From Octopus vulgaris (Eukaryota), in contig OX597835.1 in assembly GCA_951406725.2 (NCBI GenBank), positions 434,001 to 498,000 on the forward strand: a stretch of DNA of 64,000 nt, read 5' to 3'. Numbering within the stretch: the first letter of the stretch is position 1; every line of letters starts with the position of its first letter. Made by a program: the position numbers and the translations under genes. Shown here piece by piece: positions 56,292-64,000 of the stretch. The notes under the pieces were generated by a model. It was not told the DNA's origin. It saw only the letters and a program-made list of their open reading frames with translations, and ran no database searches.

Positions 56292-56756
56292 TTTCATGAG
56301 TAAACTTCCCCATGCATATTGACATTCAGATGCATGTGGTAGTATGCATACATGAATACATGTGTGTGTGTGTGTGTGTGTGTGTGATCAAAGTATACCT
56401 GAGAGTATAAATTTGTATACATCTTCCCACTACGCACACAAATATGCATTTACATACACCCCACCCCATGTGTGTGTGTATGTATGTATATATATACACA
56501 CATACACAACCAGTGTATAAATGAATATATACATTTACAATACACCCTCCCCCACCATGCATCCAAATATCTTAGGGCACACACGTCCTTCATACAATTG
56601 CATATGTGTGTACTGCATCTGCATTTATATTTGCATGTATATGTATTTGTATGTATATGTCTGTGTCAGTGTGCACGTAAAGTGTACAGCTGTGAATACA
56701 TCAGGCTATGATGTCAATTTTTCAGGTGTGTGTGCTAGATTATAAATAAATAAATG

Positions 56757-56795
<39 letters not shown>

Positions 56796-57464
56796 ATGTG
56801 GTGAAGAGAGTCTGTCAGTCTAGCTTACAGCAGATGGAACACAGTGGGAAAATTATGTAACAATAGCACTGAGCAAAGCACCAGTATTCAACAAGAGTCT
56901 TTCGCAGAACAAACAGAACAAGTCTAATGTATAAGTATGCGAACGATGAGTGAATGAATAGTTGCAGAATCAATTCTGCTGGTTATCGAATGGAATGGTC
57001 ACTTTTTACAGAACAGCAGAGTAGGATAAGTTAATGTACATTCTGAAATGAAGCAGCTCAATTAGGTTATCATGTCTATTCTGCCTGTCTCAACTGCACA
57101 GGTATTGTTCTTGAATAGGAAAGAAGGTCATTCAATGCAGGGAAATGTCAAAATCAACAAAGACAGCTGAAAAAGGGTAGGGGCACTTTTTTTTTTTTTT
57201 TTGGAAAGCTTAGACTTTCAAAAGATATTGAACAATATTGAAATATATTTATCTGAAAGTGACTTCAATTGATCCAATAAACACTACCTAGCACTTTGCC
57301 TTTTCGCTCTATTTTTATAAATTAAATTGTCAAATACTTTACAATGTGAATCCATTCCTCTCTAGAATAGATAACTACACTGTAAAAAAAACAATAAGTA
57401 ATAGGACTGTCTATAATGTAGAGTATCAGAGGACAATGAGTTTCTAACATGTATTAAATTATGT

Positions 57465-57504
57465 TTCACTGAGGAGGTTTAATAAGACTGAAACATGTCT
57501 CGAA
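57465..57504 (+). ncRNA. Minimal hammerhead-like motif
   Basis: UUCA-CUGAGGA-GGUUU-AAUA-AGACU-GAAA-CAUG-UC-UCGAA. Confidence 0.55.
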
Positions 57505-57897
57505 TTGTCATAGTACCTACCAAAGACCAGACTTACTCCTTGCCATTATAGGTTCTATTAATTTAACTTGATTTAATTCTATTAAATTTTTAACATTAAT
57601 TAATTTAATTTATTAATCACTCTCTTGCTTTTTTTATAGCAATTGACATTGATGGTTATGATTTCTCCTTTCACTATGAATGTAATTTCAATTTATTAAA
57701 AATACTTTTTGGTTTACAGTATTAAGTATGCTACCCTGCACTTAATTAAATGGTCTGGAAAATTTCTAATACTTAAAAAGTCTTTCTACACATGTAAAGT
57801 CTGTTCTACTGGAGACAGTATGAATGGACTTCATACTTTTAAGCTCTAAATATTAATACAGTAAGCCCTCCTAAAGATTGAATGAATGCAATATATA

Positions 57898-58113
57898 CAA
57901 GGGGTACTGATAAGTTCCTTGTTTTAAGGGTATCACAAAAGGACCGGTTGGAGGCCCAATCTTCTGAGTTCTTTTACAAGGCTTAGAAAAACTGAAGATC
58001 CACTGCAATAAGTATGTGAATTTGAGGGGGGAATATGCTAAATAAAATCATAATTAACTGATCCTCCTGTATTTTCTTTTACCCAAAGCCAGGAACTTTT
58101 CAGCACACCCTCA
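57898..58113. mobile_element. mariner-derived MITE
   Basis: CAAGGGGTACTGATAAGTTCCT / AGGAACTTTTCAGCACACCCTCA imperfect TIRs at TA. Confidence 0.65.
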
Positions 58114-61100
58114 TATATGCATATCGTATAGCCACAGTATTTGCAGCTCAGTTACAAGCAGTGACATCACAATCATTTGTGGCTAGACTGTTTGCTAACA
58201 TTTCTTGTCGAGAAATCTTCTGCTGGTTCTGTCCTTCCAAATTTCTCTTGAATAAAAAAAATCCTTTACTTGCAATAATACAGGTAAGGGCTGGAAACAA
58301 GGAGAGCATCCAGCGATACAAATCCTGCCTCATTTCCCTCAAAAGACATACTAACATGCATAAATAGATGTTAAATGAAATGTGTGAAGGAACTAATTAT
58401 ATTACACAGGATCTAATGCTCAATTTGGACACAGGTTCAAACAAACCTTACAGAAAACCTAATGATGTAGCAGCAGCTTCTATGAAGCCACTTGACTTAC
58501 TAGTAATAGGAACCAAATCTCCCTTGAATGACATACATTCTGCTGTCTTAATTATATACATACGTATGTACACACATGCATACATGTATACACATATATA
58601 CATATATTTATTTATTTATTGCCCACAGGGGGCTAAACACAGAGGGGACAAATAAGGACAAAGGGATTAAGTTGATTACATCGACCCCAGTGCATAACTG
58701 GTACTTATTTAATTGACCCCAAGAGGATGAAAGGCAAAGTCAATCTTGGTAGAATTTGAACTCAGAATGTAACGGCAAACAAAATACCGCTAAGCATTTC
58801 ACCCAGCATGCTAACATTTCTGCCAGCTTGCCACCTTACATACATACATATATGTAGCAATAGGTAAATACAATCCAGTGAAATGAGTGTTTAACAACGC
58901 ATTTGGTGGATAAATATTCTTTATTTATGAATGAACAAAACAACCAATGGCCTCTAACAACTACTAACCCCAATAACCCCAATGGAGTCTTCCCTTACAC
59001 CTGGGAGTACTGTTATTGTAACCCGGACTACATCCAAAGAATGAAGTCATTCATAAATGAAATGAAGTCATTCGCAAACATACTTCAGCCTCGGGCACCA
59101 CAGACATGTTCTCTCATCTCACTGACATGTACCAGTGCTACAGTGGTTGCAACACCTTGGAACTAACTAGTCTTATGCCACTTCCAACCAGGTACTCCTG
59201 CCTTACTTATTTCATCTCTTCTTATCCCCATATTGTCTCTACAACCCAGGACCTGCATTATCCACTATGTTCAGTCCTTGCACCCAAAACATCAGTCTTC
59301 TGGAATTCCCACTCTGCACATGTTTTTCAAAAGCTGTCGAGAAGATTGTTAATAACACCAATGGCACCAATGGCACCAATGGCACCAATGGCACCAATCT
59401 CACTGAGCTCGATTATGACAATGACACAGGACTTTCCTCCAGATAAGAAATAGAAAAACAAAAACAATAAAAACTAAGTGAAAAATACATTGGATAATGT
59501 AGTCCTAGATACACTATGCCTGAAGGAAATAAAAAATGAAATGGTCATGGATGGAACATCTTTCAACATGGGTGTCTTTGATCAGAACTGATCAGAAGCA
59601 GAACAACAGTAACAAGTGAACATATAATATAATAATGAAATTATTGTATACAGTGCTCAGGTGCAGCACAACATCGTTGTTATTCAATGAGAAGCTGTGG
59701 CATTCAACTTCTCCTCCTTATTAACTAATGCCATATTAAATCAGAATCAAAACAATAACAGGATCAACAGCTCAGTTCTGCGAGTGACAGGTGACCACCA
59801 CCACACAGTCTCTCTCACACTTAGAGTTACAGTTGCCTGTAAAGGAAATACAATGGAAAGCTGTAAATGAGCATAAATGCCATAACAGTGACCTTTTGCA
59901 GATAGGCTTCCCAGACAGCCAACATTAAATAACATTTATCATCAATATGTCAGAGATAGTAAAAAAAAGGGCAGTGGTGTGGAAGAAATGTAGAGAACAA
60001 AACAAGAGTTAATGTCAATGAAACATTCAACTATGTTCTTTCTACATTCTGAGTTCAAATCCCAACAAGATATTTCTTTGCTTTACATCAATCCTGGGAC
60101 CATTCTAATATATAGTCATACATTGCGGGTAAATCCAAACAATGATTTCAACACACGCCACCCCTGCGATTTAAAACCTTACACTGTTGTAAGGAATCAC
60201 TACATAATTAATATAATTAGCATAATTGGTTGATTTAGTGGAAGTATTGGTTTCAAATATGATAAAAATTGATACTAATTTCTGAAGAAGGCACAAAACC
60301 TTACACTAACAGAGAGAGAATGAAGAATGTATGGATGATTTTCTCCAGAAAATTTGCAACAGAAGTGAGGTAAAATACTTACAAATTCAACAACAGAATC
60401 CGTAGACTCACCACCACCACCACCACAACTGGCATCATCATTATTAACGACAGTCTTCCATACTGGTATGGACCGAATGATTCAAAAGGTGCCAAGGAGC
60501 CAAAGGATTGTATTGAGTCTGCTTTGGCATGGTTTCTATGGTTGGATGCCCTTCTTATTTCAACCACTTTACAAAGTGTACTGGTTACTATTGGGACAAA
60601 ATAGCTGGGTGATATTCATCTATATCTTTTTACAATTTATGCTCAAATCTGTCAAAATCTAGTTTGACTTTCAGCTTTCTGATGTTGATAAAATAATTTA
60701 GTGAAGTTGATGTAATTATCTAAACTCTGTAAAGTAGTTCCCCAACATGGCCCTACTTCAGTGACTGGAACCAGTAAAAACAGAGTGGAGATTCAGTTCA
60801 CCAGGAGCTCATGCCAGATTCTACAAAGGTAACTATTGAAAATTAATCCCATCAATATTAATTAATAAGGAAGCATGTACACAGGTACTCAATCAATTAG
60901 AAATATCAGTAAAAATCCCTCAAATAAAACTCTATCTTAACTCTTAAACAGTTAGATGCTACTCACTGTATCAAAAAGTGTTTGCCTGACCAATAAGAAG
61001 CTTCACTGCCATTGCAATTACCAATGCCATATCCTATAACTTTTAAAAATGTAATGGACAGGTGAGATCATTTTGAAGAATAAGTGGAAGAAGGAGGAGG

Positions 61101-62477
61101 ATTAGTGAGAGATGGCTGTAACTATGTAAAGTGGCAAAGGGTTGGGAACTGATAAAGGAAGGGTGAGAAGAGTTGATGTAAAGTGGATGTAAAGCTATGT
61201 GAAGCGGTGGCAGATTGGTAACTTTACAATAGATGCCATTCAGAGAGATGTGTTCTTCTGTCCATCACACACACACACACACACAGGCACCCACACATGT
61301 GCATGACTTGTACACTTTCTATATCTCTGTACCTCTCTCTCCTTTTCTTTCTCTCCATCTGTCATTCCCTCTCCTTTTCTTTCCCTCCCTCTCTGGCTCT
61401 CTCTTTCGCTCTCTCTCACACACACACACACACACATGCACACTACCACTCCACAATAGAGCCAAAACTGTTGAGGACAAATGTGTGTGTGTGTGTGTAT
61501 AGGGACAGTGGATGTGGTCAGTCTCTACATCCTACACATAGTTCCTTAGCAATGAAGCAGAAGACACCAGCATAGGGTTCTATAGACATACACTCCCAGG
61601 ACTCATGCTGGAATTCTTAACTACATAAATATGTATAACATATACACAACACACATTCATGACACACATGATTCACAAAACACATGCATATATACTTACA
61701 AATATTTTTAAAACTTTCAACTTCAGAAAGTAATTTTGCATTAAAAATTTGTGAAACCACATAAATGATATTATGCACATGCTCAAACATCAACCAATTG
61801 CATGCCGTAAATTTGGAGTCAACAAGAAGAGTGTGGTTGGACATTTATTTTCAATCACTACAATTGTTTCTATACAACATAGTTCTCCAGGCATGCGGGT
61901 ACTTGATTAAGCAACCATTTCCCTGCATTATGAAATCTAGTTGTGTTCCCTCAGGCAATATGTAAATATTGTCTGTGGCTTACAATTGGCTAAAATTACC
62001 CCAAATTTACAAACTTTAAAAGCTATTAATTCTTTATTTATTGATTTATGGTGAAAATGTATTGCATGTCAATGATTACTTTACAAAACTACACCAATAC
62101 GCCAAATATGAAATCAACTGGAGCAAAAATTGAAGAAATTGAAAAGTGGTAACCAAACAAAAAAGATCCAAAATTTTCCATATCATTAGACATTTCTGAA
62201 AATCTTGCAATTTTGATTCATTTTTTATCTTTATTATATTTCATTTTTTGTGCATTGCATGTATCATGGTTTTTACACCATAGCTTGGGCTTTCAGTTCT
62301 TTTTATAAAATTACCTTTGCAGTTAGTATATTAAACCTGTTCACTAAATCAACCAAACTTTTTCACCTATTCAACTGACACCCATCCTTTTACTTTCACA
62401 GAACAATTTTAATTACAGCTGTTAATTATCTTTTTTTCGTCACCTTCATTTATTTCTCTATATATAATTTGCTTTTC

Positions 62478-62923
62478 CTACATTATCATCTTTTTGTGTG
62501 CATATAAACTTACATGTTTGTCCACATGTATGAGTGTATATGCATATTTGCGTGCATGTCTGTAAATGTGTGGATATATATACAGTAATTTGTTCCCAGA
62601 GACTGCCTGTAATGCAAAAACTTGTAAAGCAGAGCAATAATTTCCCGTAGTAGCAATACTATAAATCATAATTTGTTCCCCCAAAAATATTTTAGCTATA
62701 AAATTTATAATACTTGTAAATAAATGGCAATAAAACAACAGTAAAATATCAAGATCATTCTTAATATTATTATTAGAATTGTTTTCTGAATCACTTTTAT
62801 TTCCACTAGACTTGTGCACACCATCACTCGTAGACACGATCGCTGATCCAGAAGCACTTGTAGATTTCTTTTTAAAAATACAACACCAGATATGTTTGCT
62901 TGGAAGAAGCTTTTCTTCATTCT
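62478..62923 (-). CDS. Possible terminal coding exon of an upstream gene (ENEEKLLPSKHIWCCIFKKKSTSASGSAIVSTSDGVHKSSGNKSDSENN...)
   Basis: About 148 open codons in non-repeat DNA after a tttatag acceptor; no recognisable domain. Confidence 0.3.
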
Positions 62924-63071
62924 CTATAAATATCTCAGTAACATGTTAGTAAAAACTTTTGCACTTTGTTCAAAATTTGGATCATGTGCTTGAAAAAAAA
63001 TTCATAAACCCAAGGTCTCATAAAGCAGGTCTTTGTAAAGTAAGGTATAACTCTCTCTCTCTCTCTCTCTC

Positions 63072-63114
<43 letters not shown>

Positions 63115-63549
63115 GTATGTATATACACACACACACACAGATGTGTGTGTGTGTGTATGCATGCATGCATGTGTGTTCATACATTCTTTTTCTATCCTTT
63201 TTGCCAATCTTTGCTTATGCTCTATTTTTCACCTTCTCTCTCTATAATCTAGCCATCAACCATCAGCCTCCCATGCCACTCCAGACCATTATTCAATACT
63301 TCAATTCACTACATGTGCATTTTCTTATGTGTTTACATCATTAAGCCGCCTTTTCTCCCCTTCCATTATATTCTATACTCTTTCACCCCGCTTTTCATTT
63401 CCTTCTCTATCTTATTCTCCCTCTATTCTCTCCCTTCTTTTCTTTCCCTTTCTCCCTTTCTTTATCTCCCCCACTTTTCTGTCTTTTGCTTTTTATTTAA
63501 ACGACTTAACCCCTCCCCAAAATTGCTGGCCTTGTACCAAAATTTGAAA

Positions 63550-63550
<1 letters not shown>

Positions 63551-63589
<39 letters not shown>

Positions 63590-63608
63590 TATTATTATTA
63601 TTATTACC

Positions 63609-63640
<32 letters not shown>

Positions 63641-63662
63641 TATTATTATTATTATTATTACC

Positions 63663-63694
<32 letters not shown>

Positions 63695-63722
63695 TATTAT
63701 TACTATTATTATTATTATTACC

Positions 63723-63754
<32 letters not shown>

Positions 63755-63778
63755 TATTATTATTATTATTATTATTAC

Positions 63779-63847
<69 letters not shown>

Positions 63848-63871
63848 TATTATTATTATTATTATTATTAC

Positions 63872-63922
<51 letters not shown>

Positions 63923-63944
63923 TATTATTATTATTATTATTACC

Positions 63945-63976
<32 letters not shown>

Positions 63977-64000
63977 TATTATTATTATTATTACCATTAT
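63551..64000. repeat. Compound microsatellite (ATT)n punctuated by ACC
   Basis: Direct reading. Confidence 0.97.

Noticed and set aside
63506-63997. 163-aa poly-Ile ORF, and the many YIYI, CVCV, poly-His and poly-Asp ORFs elsewhere
   Set aside because: Microsatellite translations

Overview
Eukaryotic, AT-rich, microsatellite- and SINE-saturated DNA. The repeat families suggest an octopus/cephalopod genome, which is inference. Most ORFs in the supplied track are microsatellite artefacts. The one well-supported gene is a minus-strand, multi-exon EF-hand repeat gene resembling EFCAB6. I assembled 13 phase-compatible GT-AG exons from 42574 down to 962 (1517 nt, about 505 codons); the gene continues past the left edge and its first exon is uncertain. 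Introns and flanks hold decayed Tc1 and mariner elements, MITEs, a Helitron-type element, CR1, Tx1/L1, R4/Dong, RTE, Mag-type Gypsy and Penelope (GIY-YIG) fragments, and three SINE families. The most striking signal is about a dozen minimal type I hammerhead ribozyme motifs (CUGANGA..GAAA..NUH) in Penelope-like termini, each family with its own palindromic stem III. One copy (23758-23838) looks intact and is sense to the pre-mRNA. Two more sit in the arms of a ~3.5-kb foldback (34728-38207).
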